From Fibrobacterota bacterium (GTDB taxonomy: Bacteria > Fibrobacterota > Fibrobacteria > UBA11236): 34,082 nucleotides of DNA. Of this stretch, positions 25,920-34,082 are shown piece by piece. Below the pieces are notes generated by a model, which saw only the letters and a program-made list of their open reading frames with translations, ran no database searches and was not told where the DNA came from. The position numbers and the translations under genes are program-made. The stretch is taken from positions 1 to 34,082 of the forward strand of contig JAYUVP010000353.1 of the NCBI GenBank assembly GCA_043753995.1, written 5' to 3'. Each line of letters begins with the position of its first letter. Position 1 is the first letter of the stretch.

Positions 25920-28691
25920 ATGAAAAAACGTTACGCCCTTTTACTCGCCAATCCCGAATATCGCGAAGCGAAATTCGCCCATTTGCCATTGCCGGGCGAA
26001 GGATCGGACGTTTTGGCCGCCTGGCTGCGCAATCCCGATGGCGGAGCTTTTCAGAGCGTCGAAGTCGTGGCTGGCTATTCCATGCCACAAACGCTTTTGG
26101 CCATCGAGCGGTTTTTCAGCAATAAAAACCCCGAGGACTTACTCGTCGTCTGGTTTGGCGGTCACGCCATCGTCGATTCTCAAGGTGAGGCTTATTTATG
26201 CCTGCGTGACAGCGATAGGCTGCGGCTCAAATCGACGGCCGTCATGGCCGGAGTTTTGGCCATGCACATGGACGCATCCGCCGCGTTAGACAAACTTTTA
26301 GTGCTCGATTGTCGCTTTCATGTCTTTACCGGTCATCGCCAAGAAGAGGATCCCAAACCCGTTTTACGCCTGGAACGCGCCTTTACCGGCCGCGGCAATG
26401 GCAAGCACATCTTGGCTAGCGACTCAACCTTGCACTTGCACTCCCATCTCGATGCTGAAGGCGCTTTAAAGCCGGTCGGCCCCTATACTCGTGCCTTCAC
26501 CGCGATTTGGCGCGAACAAAGTGAAGAATTACAGGGGCTAACCTTAAGCGATTTGTATCCCGCCTTATGCCGTCGCCTGGGCAGTAGCAGCCATCCCGAT
26601 TGGTTTAAGATCGGCCAAGCCACCGACATGGTTTTGGCCCCTGCGGCCCGTACCGAATTGGTTTCGGCCTTAAGTCCGCAAGACCACCCCGAGCGTATGG
26701 CGCGCGACCTAGATAGCCTCGATTGGGATCGCCTCTCAGGAGAAATTCCCCTGGACATCCTCGGCCTAGGCTTGGGTGGCGACAAAGGCCGTTCGCGGCC
26801 CGGTGCCGGCGAAGGATTCATGCCTCCCCTCTCCTCAGGGCCGACCCTTCCGCCTTTGCCACCAGAAATAATTCGTCCGAATGCGGAAAGCCTGCTGGAA
26901 GAGGAGCCGACTCCAGAAGCAGAATCCCCCGTGTTTATAGAGCCTCCGACTAGCGAGACGCCAGTAGCGACCTACTCGGAACCGCCGACGCCTCCCGTCA
27001 TTAAGCCCCTGGATCCCGGTCCCGCCTTTCCCGCCGCACCGCCGCCCATTTCGCACTTTCAACGCCTGAATCCCAACGATGTTTTGAATTCGGCAACCAT
27101 GTCCATGCCTTCGCAAGAAGCACTTGAGGTCATGGGCGAAAGTCCAAGCTCACTCGCCTTTGTGCCCATGGTTCCGCTATCCGAGGTGGACCTAGAATTT
27201 CCGCCAATTCTGAATGCACCCGAGAACGGTGATGTTTCTGATTTGCTCAATGCCACCATGATGATCGCATCCCCATCGTGGAATCGTATCGAGCCCGAAA
27301 CCGGAGAGTTACCCTCGGCCACCGTACCCGCGGCAGCTCCCGCCCCCAGCCCCGAAGCAGGGGTGCGCGCCAAATTGCAGCGGCAAATGGAAGAAGAGGC
27401 GAGACGCGAACAAGAGGAAAAGCTCCGTCAGGAAAGCGAGTGGAAAACCCAAGCCGAGGCTTTGAAAAAATGGAAGGCCGCCGGCCCAACCGCCGAAGCG
27501 AAGCCAGCGCCGATCGAGAAGCCAAGTAAACCCGCCAATGTCGCCAAGGTTTTTACCCATCCTCCTGGCGGTTGGATGAGCCCCGACGTGCAGCAAACGC
27601 AAAGAATCGATGCCGATGTCGCCGAGGCCTTGCGCGACGCGTCAGAAGTGCCTACCCGGGCCGATGCCTTCGCGAGTCCAGCGGCACGCCCCCCCAAGAT
27701 ATTCCTAACCGACGAAAAGTATGCCGCCACCCATATGTATGTGCAGGAGGATGCCGAAAATCCGGGAGATGCCACGGCGCCATCCCATGCGTCATCGATA
27801 AACCCGGGAAACCCATCGTCTCAAACCATGGGCAATGGTCTTGGCACCTCCGTGCACACGTCTCAGACTGTAGAGGCCTGGAATAAGCTGGCTGGCTCTA
27901 ACCCGCGCTCTACTTCGATAGGCTTGGAGCGTCCCCCTGCCGATTTGAATTTGAAAACCGGCCTGCCTGAAGGCCTGCTCGCGCCGCGCTTTCCTTGGTC
28001 AAAAGTCATTTTGATTATTATCAGCACGCTTTTGCCTTTGGCGCTTTCCGCTTTCTTAATGGTTCGCAGTGGTTTATTCGAACGCCTGAGCGGCGGCTCT
28101 CGCGGGGCCAATCCCACGGGCGAAGTCTTGGAAGCCACCCCAGAGGAGGCGGCCTTAAGCCCTTCGCCAATGCCGGTCGCAAAACCTTCTACCGCGGTCG
28201 AACCTGCGACGATACCGACTCCAGCATCGGAACCCAGTTCCCAGGCGAGCCAAACTCCACCTCCGACCCTGGCGCCCGAAAATCTGCCAGCAACCCACCT
28301 CCCCCAGCCTGTGAATGTGCCGGCCAAGGCCATGGCTCCCCCTTCGGCCAAGCCCGTCAAACACATTCCCCGCCCCCAGGATGAGAAAGCCAACCGTGAC
28401 TTAAAAGGCAGCTTGCAAAAGGCCGCGGGTCGCGAATCCGAACACTTGTCACGGCTTTTTGAGCGGTATCGTTTGGGTTATCCTAGCCTCAGCGGCATAG
28501 TCAATGTTCGGCTTGAAATCAATCCGGATGGCCGTATTCGCAGCGCCAAATGCGTGTCGAGCACCACCTCAACCCCTGCATTTGACGAGGATGTGGCACG
28601 CAGCACCTTGGGCTGGAAACTGACGGAATATCGCGGAAGTATCACCAAATTCGTCACCGTCCCGCTTCGCTTTCCGCTCAATATGCCCTAA
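25920..28691 (+). CDS. Caspase-like (C14) domain - Pro-rich linker - TM - TonB_C (AgmX/PglI-type) protein
   Basis: ATG 25920. RYALLLANPEY, WFGGHA, LVLDCR, TM at about 28005-28064, and C-terminal LSGIVNVRLEINPDGRI...FDEDV...W...VTVPLRF. Confidence 0.75.
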   Translation: MKKRYALLLANPEYREAKFAHLPLPGEGSDVLAAWLRNPDGGAFQSVEVVAGYSMPQTLLAIERFFSNKNPEDLLVVWFGGHAIVDSQGEAYLCLRDSDRLRLKSTAVMAGVLAMHMDASAALDKLLVLDCRFHVFTGHRQEEDPKPVLRLERAFTGRGNGKHILASDSTLHLHSHLDAEGALKPVGPYTRAFTAIWREQSEELQGLTLSDLYPALCRRLGSSSHPDWFKIGQATDMVLAPAARTELVSALSPQDHPERMARDLDSLDWDRLSGEIPLDILGLGLGGDKGRSRPGAGEGFMPPLSSGPTLPPLPPEIIRPNAESLLEEEPTPEAESPVFIEPPTSETPVATYSEPPTPPVIKPLDPGPAFPAAPPPISHFQRLNPNDVLNSATMSMPSQEALEVMGESPSSLAFVPMVPLSEVDLEFPPILNAPENGDVSDLLNATMMIASPSWNRIEPETGELPSATVPAAAPAPSPEAGVRAKLQRQMEEEARREQEEKLRQESEWKTQAEALKKWKAAGPTAEAKPAPIEKPSKPANVAKVFTHPPGGWMSPDVQQTQRIDADVAEALRDASEVPTRADAFASPAARPPKIFLTDEKYAATHMYVQEDAENPGDATAPSHASSINPGNPSSQTMGNGLGTSVHTSQTVEAWNKLAGSNPRSTSIGLERPPADLNLKTGLPEGLLAPRFPWSKVILIIISTLLPLALSAFLMVRSGLFERLSGGSRGANPTGEVLEATPEEAALSPSPMPVAKPSTAVEPATIPTPASEPSSQASQTPPPTLAPENLPATHLPQPVNVPAKAMAPPSAKPVKHIPRPQDEKANRDLKGSLQKAAGRESEHLSRLFERYRLGYPSLSGIVNVRLEINPDGRIRSAKCVSSTTSTPAFDEDVARSTLGWKLTEYRGSITKFVTVPLRFPLNMP

Positions 28692-28760
28692 GGGCAAAGC
28701 AAAATCACCGGTAAAATATTGCAAGTGCAGGCATTGCCAAGGCTTTGCTATGCTATTTCC

Positions 28761-29255
28761 ATGCAATTAAAAGCCACTTTCCTACCCAAATCAGGTCGCC
28801 TCGCTACTTGGCTATCTCTAGCCACCGCAGTGAATCTGGCATTCTGGGCCTGGAATTGCAGCGTCAAGCCTCCCGAAGTGCATAATCACCAAGGGCTTTT
28901 CGGCGTCTTTACCACCTATCATTTGCCGCCTAAACCCGAAGCTTGCGATTCGCTCTACAAAACCCAGGAAGAACGCGATCGTTGCCACGAACGCAATCGC
29001 ACCCGTATTGTCGAGCCACTGAGGGGCTCGGTGACGGTCACACGTCTGGATAATGAACGAGGCCAGCGCGTCCCCCTTTCAGACTCGGGAACCTATCGCG
29101 TCGAGCTGGCCCCAGGGTATTACACGGTTTGCTTGGGGAATCATTGTAGCGATGCTATGGAGGTACGTATGCGCACCTTTGTGGCCTGGGGCGGACAGTT
29201 TCCGAAAGACAGTGTCGAATCCATTCTAAAAGGCAAGCCGGACGAAATCCCCTAG
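28761..29255 (+). CDS. Hypothetical lipoprotein with prealbumin/carboxypeptidase-regulatory-like fold
   Basis: Signal ending WAWN-C. DSGTYRVELAPGYYTVC and paired cysteines. Confidence 0.65.
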   Translation: MQLKATFLPKSGRLATWLSLATAVNLAFWAWNCSVKPPEVHNHQGLFGVFTTYHLPPKPEACDSLYKTQEERDRCHERNRTRIVEPLRGSVTVTRLDNERGQRVPLSDSGTYRVELAPGYYTVCLGNHCSDAMEVRMRTFVAWGGQFPKDSVESILKGKPDEIP

Positions 29256-29283
29256 GGCTCACCTCCCGGAAAACAATCGAAAA

Positions 29284-29331
29284 CCACCACATCTAGGTTG
29301 ACATCGGGTTTCAAACCACAATATATTGGGG
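29284..29331 (+). promoter_or_regulatory. Tandem NrdR boxes overlapping a sigma70 promoter
   Basis: ccaCcAcATcTaGgtt (29284-29299) and ccaCaAtATaTtGggg (29316-29331), 32 bp apart, match acaCwAtATaTwGtg. TTGACA (29298)-N18-TATATT (29322). Confidence 0.88.
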
Positions 29332-29412
29332 GAGCTCAAAACCTCACCCGTTTCACCTATCGCTTTTGCCCAAGTGCTTTGCGACCGCAAAGCCACCCGT
29401 TCAGGAGAAAAT

Positions 29413-31908
29413 ATGTCCGAAGCTTCGGCACTCTTCGATACCCAAAACGAAGACTTGGCCTCTGACGGCCGCAATAGCATTTACGACGGGAATGAAGAAG
29501 GGCAGCCGCAAACCACCATGCGCGTGAAGAAGCGCAATGGCGGCTCTGAACCGGTAGACGTCAATAAAATCGTGCGGGCCGTGAGCCGTTGCTGCGCGGG
29601 CTTGCCCGACACCGATGCCTTGCGCGTGGCCACCAAAACCATTAGCGGACTTTATGATGGAGCGACGACGCGCGAACTCGATCGCCTGTCGATTCAAACC
29701 GCCGCCGGCCTCATCGCCGAAGAACCGCAATACGCCCGGTTGGCCGCCCGCTTGCTCGCCACCTATATCGACAAGGAAGTGCGCAATCAAGAGATTCACG
29801 CCTTCTCGCAATCGGTAGCGACTGGCCAAAGGCTAGGCATCATCAACGATCGCCTGGCCGATTTCGTCCTGGCCAATGCCCGCAAGCTCAATGATTCCGT
29901 AGTCGCCGAACGCGATCGCGAATTCGAATATTTCGGATTGCGTACGGTTTACGATCGCTATCTCTTGCGCCATCCCAAGACCCGCCTGGTCATCGAGACC
30001 CCGCAGCAATTCTTTTTGCGCATCGCCTGCGCGCTCTCGGAAAACGTGCCCGACGCACTCGAACTCTATCGCCAATTTTCTTCGCTGGAATATCTTCCCA
30101 GTTCGCCGACGCTTTTCAATGCGGGCACGCGCCACGAGCAGCTTTCAAGCTGCTTCTTACTCGACAGCCCCACCGACAGCCTCGAATCGATTTATCGTAA
30201 ATACGCCGACGTGGCCATGCTCTCGAAGTTCTCAGGCGGGATTGGTCTTGCCTATCACCGCATTCGCTCGCGCGGCTCGCTCATTCAGGGCACCAATGGC
30301 CATAGCAATGGCATCGTACCCTGGCTCAAGACTCTCGACGCCTCAGTCGCGGCCGTGAATCAAGGCGGCAAGCGCAAGGGAGCCTGCTGTGTCTATCTCG
30401 AAACCTGGCATGCCGACATCGAAGAGTTTCTGGAACTCCGCGACAATACCGGCGACGAAGCGCGCCGCACCCACAATCTCAATCTCGCCAATTGGGTGCC
30501 CGATCTTTTCATGCGCCGCGTCGAAGCAGGAGCCGAGTGGAGCCTTTTCGATCCCAAGGTCGTACCGCATTTGACCGATCTCTTTGGAGTCGAATTCGAA
30601 GCCGCTTATGAGCAGGCCGAACGCGAAGGCCTGGCTTACAAAGCGGTGAAAGCCCGCGATCTTTATGGCCGCATGATGCAGACCTTGGCCCAAACCGGCA
30701 ATGGCTGGATGACTTTCAAGGACAAGAGCAATCGCGCCTGCAATCAAACCGCCTTGCCTGGGCGCGTGGTGCATCTCTCCAATCTCTGCACCGAAATTCT
30801 CGAAGTGTCTTCCGACGGCGAGACGGCGGTTTGCAATCTCGGCTCCATCAATCTCGGACGCCATTTGCAAGCGGGAGAAGGCGGCAAACCGGTATTCGAT
30901 TTCGCCAAACTCGCCAAAACCGTGCGCACGGCCATACGCCAGCTCGATCGCGTCATCGACCTCAACTTTTACCCGATCGATACCGCCAAAAGTTCGAATA
31001 ATAAGTGGCGTCCCGTGGGCCTTGGCCTCATGGGTTTGCAAGACGTTTTCTTTCACATGCGCCTGCCCTTCGATGCGCCTGAGGCCCGCGATTTATCGCG
31101 TCGCATTTCCGAAGAGGTTTATTATCACGCTCTGACCGCATCCTGCGATTTGGCCCAGGAAAAGGGCGCGCATCCGAATTTTAAGGAGACACGCGCTGCG
31201 GGAGGAGAATTCCAATTCGAAGCGTGGGGCGTCACGCCTTCCGATATGGGTCGCTGGGAAACGTTGCGCCGCCGCATCATGCAAGGTGGCCTGCGCAATT
31301 CCCTGCTAGTGGCCATTGCCCCGACCGCGACCATCGCTTCCATCGCGGGATGCTATGAATGCATTGAGCCGCAAATCTCCAATCTGTTCAAGCGCGAAAC
31401 CTTGTCAGGCGATTTCTTGCAAGTGAATCGCTATCTCGTGCGTGAACTCAAAGCCCTCGGCCATTGGAATGACAGCATTCGCAATCAATTGAAAATGGCA
31501 GAAGGATCGGTGCAAGGCATCGAAGGTTTGCCCGCCGACTTGAAAACCATTTATCGCACCTCCTGGGAATTGCCGATGCGCTCCTTGGTCGACATGGCCG
31601 CCGATCGCGGGGCTTACATTGATCAAAGCCAGTCGCTGAATCTCTTCATCGAGAATCCTAATATCGGCCAACTTTCCTCGATGTATTTCTATGCCTGGAA
31701 AAAGGGCCTGAAAACCACTTATTACCTGCGCTCACGTCCGGCAACGCGCATTGCCAAGGCCACCATAGACAATGTGGCCGCCCAGGCTTCTTCGCATGAA
31801 CCCGCTTTGGCTACGATGCCGAAAGCGGCGACGGCGGCAAACACTTCCGCATCCGATGCCGTGGCCTGCTCCCTAGAAAATCCTGAAAGCTGCGAGGCCT
31901 GCCAATGA
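29413..31908 (+). CDS. nrdA: Ribonucleoside-diphosphate reductase class Ia, alpha subunit, with ATP cone
   Basis: RBS CAGGAG before ATG 29413. VKKRNG ATP cone, SSPTLFNAG, LSSCFL, SNLCTEI, VCNLGS, APTAT, TTYYLR and C-terminal CEACQ. Confidence 0.96.
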   Translation: MSEASALFDTQNEDLASDGRNSIYDGNEEGQPQTTMRVKKRNGGSEPVDVNKIVRAVSRCCAGLPDTDALRVATKTISGLYDGATTRELDRLSIQTAAGLIAEEPQYARLAARLLATYIDKEVRNQEIHAFSQSVATGQRLGIINDRLADFVLANARKLNDSVVAERDREFEYFGLRTVYDRYLLRHPKTRLVIETPQQFFLRIACALSENVPDALELYRQFSSLEYLPSSPTLFNAGTRHEQLSSCFLLDSPTDSLESIYRKYADVAMLSKFSGGIGLAYHRIRSRGSLIQGTNGHSNGIVPWLKTLDASVAAVNQGGKRKGACCVYLETWHADIEEFLELRDNTGDEARRTHNLNLANWVPDLFMRRVEAGAEWSLFDPKVVPHLTDLFGVEFEAAYEQAEREGLAYKAVKARDLYGRMMQTLAQTGNGWMTFKDKSNRACNQTALPGRVVHLSNLCTEILEVSSDGETAVCNLGSINLGRHLQAGEGGKPVFDFAKLAKTVRTAIRQLDRVIDLNFYPIDTAKSSNNKWRPVGLGLMGLQDVFFHMRLPFDAPEARDLSRRISEEVYYHALTASCDLAQEKGAHPNFKETRAAGGEFQFEAWGVTPSDMGRWETLRRRIMQGGLRNSLLVAIAPTATIASIAGCYECIEPQISNLFKRETLSGDFLQVNRYLVRELKALGHWNDSIRNQLKMAEGSVQGIEGLPADLKTIYRTSWELPMRSLVDMAADRGAYIDQSQSLNLFIENPNIGQLSSMYFYAWKKGLKTTYYLRSRPATRIAKATIDNVAAQASSHEPALATMPKAATAANTSASDAVACSLENPESCEACQ

Positions 31909-32927
31909 GTTTAGTCACGAGACCCGCACGAATACTCGATCCCGGCATGTGCCTCACCTTGAGGCCCATGGCTTATTCCGAATTTTATGATATGTATCGC
32001 GACGCGGTGAAAAACACCTGGACCGTCGAAGAAGTCGATTTCTCCACCGATGTCGGCGACTTGCGCAGCAAAATGTCGCCTGCCGAAAGGCATTTGATAC
32101 AGCGCCTGGTGGCCTTTTTCGCCACCGGCGACTCGGTCGTAGGCAATAATGTGGTGCTCAATCTTTATAAGCATATCAATGCCCCCGAAGCGCGCATGTA
32201 TCTCTCTCGCCAAGCCTATGAAGAGGCTTTGCATGTGCAATTCTATCTCACCTTGCTCGACACCTATTTGCCCGATCCCAATGAGCGCCACGCCGCTTTT
32301 GCCGCCATTGAGACCATACCCTCGATTCGCGCCAAGGCCGATTTCGCCCTCAAGTGGATGGATTCGATACAGCAACTCGATCGCCTCGAGACTTTCGCAC
32401 AACGCCGGAAATTCCTGCAAAACCTGATTTGCTTTGCGGCCTGCATCGAAGGCTTATTCTTCTTCGGCGCCTTCGCCTACGTGTATTTCCTGCGCTCGAA
32501 AGGCCTGCTGCATGGCTTGGCAGCGGGCACCAATTGGGTTTTCCGCGACGAGAGCGCCCACATGGCTTTCGCTTTTCGCGTGGTCGAAATCGTCCGCCAT
32601 GAAGAGCCCGAACTTTTCGACGCCGACATGGCCCGCGAAGTCACGGCCATGATAGAAGAGGCCGTCGATTGCGAGACGCGCTTCGCGCAAGACTTGCTTT
32701 CCGGAGGCATTGCCGGCATGTCCCTGCGTGATATGCGCCAATACCTGGAGTTCTGCGCCGACCAGCGCCTGACGACTCTAGGCCTGCCTAGGCGCTATCA
32801 TGTCCGCAATCCTTTTTCCTTCATGGATTTGCAAGACGTGCAGGAAGTCACGAATTTCTTTGAGCGCCGCGTCTCGGCGTATCAAGTGGGCGTCGAAGGT
32901 GAAGTCGTGCTCGACGCGGCTTTTTGA
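31905..32927 (+). CDS. nrdB: Ribonucleotide reductase class Ia, beta subunit
   Basis: FFATGD, EEALHVQFY (radical Tyr), IEGLFFFGAF, RDESAH and NFFERRVSAY. ATGA overlap with nrdA. Confidence 0.96.
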   Translation: MSLVTRPARILDPGMCLTLRPMAYSEFYDMYRDAVKNTWTVEEVDFSTDVGDLRSKMSPAERHLIQRLVAFFATGDSVVGNNVVLNLYKHINAPEARMYLSRQAYEEALHVQFYLTLLDTYLPDPNERHAAFAAIETIPSIRAKADFALKWMDSIQQLDRLETFAQRRKFLQNLICFAACIEGLFFFGAFAYVYFLRSKGLLHGLAAGTNWVFRDESAHMAFAFRVVEIVRHEEPELFDADMAREVTAMIEEAVDCETRFAQDLLSGGIAGMSLRDMRQYLEFCADQRLTTLGLPRRYHVRNPFSFMDLQDVQEVTNFFERRVSAYQVGVEGEVVLDAAF

Positions 32928-33194
32928 GGGCGCCCCTTCGGGGCCGGTGGGGGTAGGTCAAGACCCCGCAAGCGCGCGAATTCGCTCCAGGGAAATACCC
33001 TCCGGCGCAAATCCTTGAAAGGGGAGACCGTCCATTCGCGCCGAGTCCCGTGGCCTATGCGAGTGAAAGGCGGTCAACGCAAACGGACGGGCGAGTTCCG
33101 CCTCGGAACTTTGTGGAGAGGCGGCTGTCCGAGCCCCGCCCGGATTGCGCTGACATCAGCCTTTCGCGTCCAAGCGCCGAGGAGGCTTGGCCGA

Positions 33195-33216
33195 GGGGGC
33201 GGGCTCGCCCCCCTTT
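33195..33216. terminator. Hairpin, possible terminator between nrdB and the convergent gene
   Basis: GGGGGCG-GGCT-CGCCCCC followed by CTTT. Confidence 0.45.
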
Positions 33217-33261
33217 AATCAAGCGCTTTTCCGGATTAAAACCGAAGGAATCGGTATCCCG

Positions 33262-34080
33262 TTAAATCGAAGGATACGGGACCAGGTTCGAGTTCCAAAA
33301 CCGCTTCAGGTTCGGATCGAATAGGAACAGGCGCTCCGCGCCCTTCGGATCAGCTCCGTTTCCCCAGGGTTTGATATTGAAATTGTAGACCTGGTAATTC
33401 TTCCCGGTCGTATGGCTGCGCATGGCGGAGATGGGGGCCGCGGTCAACAAATTAGGCCCCGATCCGGAAGAGGGCTGCTTGAAGAACGGCTTGATATCGC
33501 AAATCATCAGATTGCCGGTCGATTTGTTGTAATACATAACCTGAGCCCGCCCGGATCGATTGTAGGTGTTCACCTGGGTGAACCCGGTGCCGACTCCGCT
33601 GGTCGTCACCCAGATTCCCGGTTTTCCAGCCGCATCTAACTCTTGCAGGAACTGGGAGGAGGAGTGCTGATCGTGGAAGAGCAAGAAGGTGGCGGTAAAG
33701 GAAACCGTCTTCCCATCGGCACGCAGAAGGTCGCTGGGGGCGTCTTGCATCACCTGGAAATCCTCGTACCCGTACAGGGTCTGGGAATAAGTGTTGCGAT
33801 CCTGGTCCAGTAGGCCATCGTCCTTCATGCCCCAGATTTGCGCGGCCCCGCTGGCTTTGGCATATCGGAACAGATAGGGCAGGTTGGATCCGAATGGCTT
33901 ATAGATTCGGACGATATCCCATCCTGGACCCCAGTTCTGACCCCAGATCCACGAGCCCAGCTTGCCATTGGCGTTCACATAGAAGTAGAGGACGGAGCCC
34001 GAGGTCCGGTTATACATCAGCAGGTAGGTTTGGGTCCCGATGGTGTAGAATTCCATCATCGTCCATCCCGCGTCCAAACT
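33262..34080 (-). CDS. Beta-propeller-like repeat protein, C-terminal part (5' end beyond the window)
   Basis: Frame is open to the window end. About 50-aa repeats: GWT..FYTIG..YLLMYNRTSG, GWD..IYKP..YLFRYAKASG, GFT..TYN..VMYYNKSTG. Confidence 0.7.
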   Translation of the reverse strand, partial: SLDAGWTMMEFYTIGTQTYLLMYNRTSGSVLYFYVNANGKLGSWIWGQNWGPGWDIVRIYKPFGSNLPYLFRYAKASGAAQIWGMKDDGLLDQDRNTYSQTLYGYEDFQVMQDAPSDLLRADGKTVSFTATFLLFHDQHSSSQFLQELDAAGKPGIWVTTSGVGTGFTQVNTYNRSGRAQVMYYNKSTGNLMICDIKPFFKQPSSGSGPNLLTAAPISAMRSHTTGKNYQVYNFNIKPWGNGADPKGAERLFLFDPNLKRFWNSNLVPYPSI

Positions 34081-34082
34081 AC

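Noticed and set aside
26800..28380. Pro/Ala/Glu-rich stretches as DNA tandem repeats
   Set aside because: Low-complexity protein linkers without nucleotide periodicity.
29413..31908. Intein or intron in nrdA
   Set aside because: Continuous 831-aa frame with normal motif spacing.
31905..32927. Class Ic (Mn/Fe) or metal-free RNR beta subunit
   Set aside because: The first ligand Asp, radical Tyr and both ExxH motifs are canonical class Ia.

Overview
Bacterial chromosomal window, moderately GC-rich. A C-terminal 'DLFGANGR' tail and many lipoproteins suggest Fibrobacterota, but this is inference. From left to right: a 5'-truncated SGNH/CE6-type esterase; a lipoprotein; a putative glycan O-acetylation operon (beta-propeller, AlgI-like MBOAT, AlgJ-like SGNH, GT-C-like membrane protein); a large unknown lipoprotein; a minus-strand block (HAMP-HisKA sensor lacking its ATPase domain, lipoprotein, proB, proA, hisI, ABC exporter); a putative outer-membrane barrel; two divergent methyltransferase-like genes; fdhD; a Crp/Fnr regulator; lysA; a PilB/GspE ATPase followed by a caspase-like/TM/TonB_C protein and a lipoprotein; NrdR-boxed class Ia nrdAB; and a repeat protein truncated at the window end. 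I saw no rRNA, tRNA, CRISPR array or transposase. The most novel-looking items are (1) the PilB + pseudo-caspase-TonB_C module, (2) a terminator/antiterminator leader with a short ORF in front of a degenerate methyltransferase, (3) the ATPase-less sensor coupled to a lipoprotein and a 10-codon uORF, and (4) two hairpin-dense intergenic regions. All family calls come from motif recognition by eye; no searches were run.
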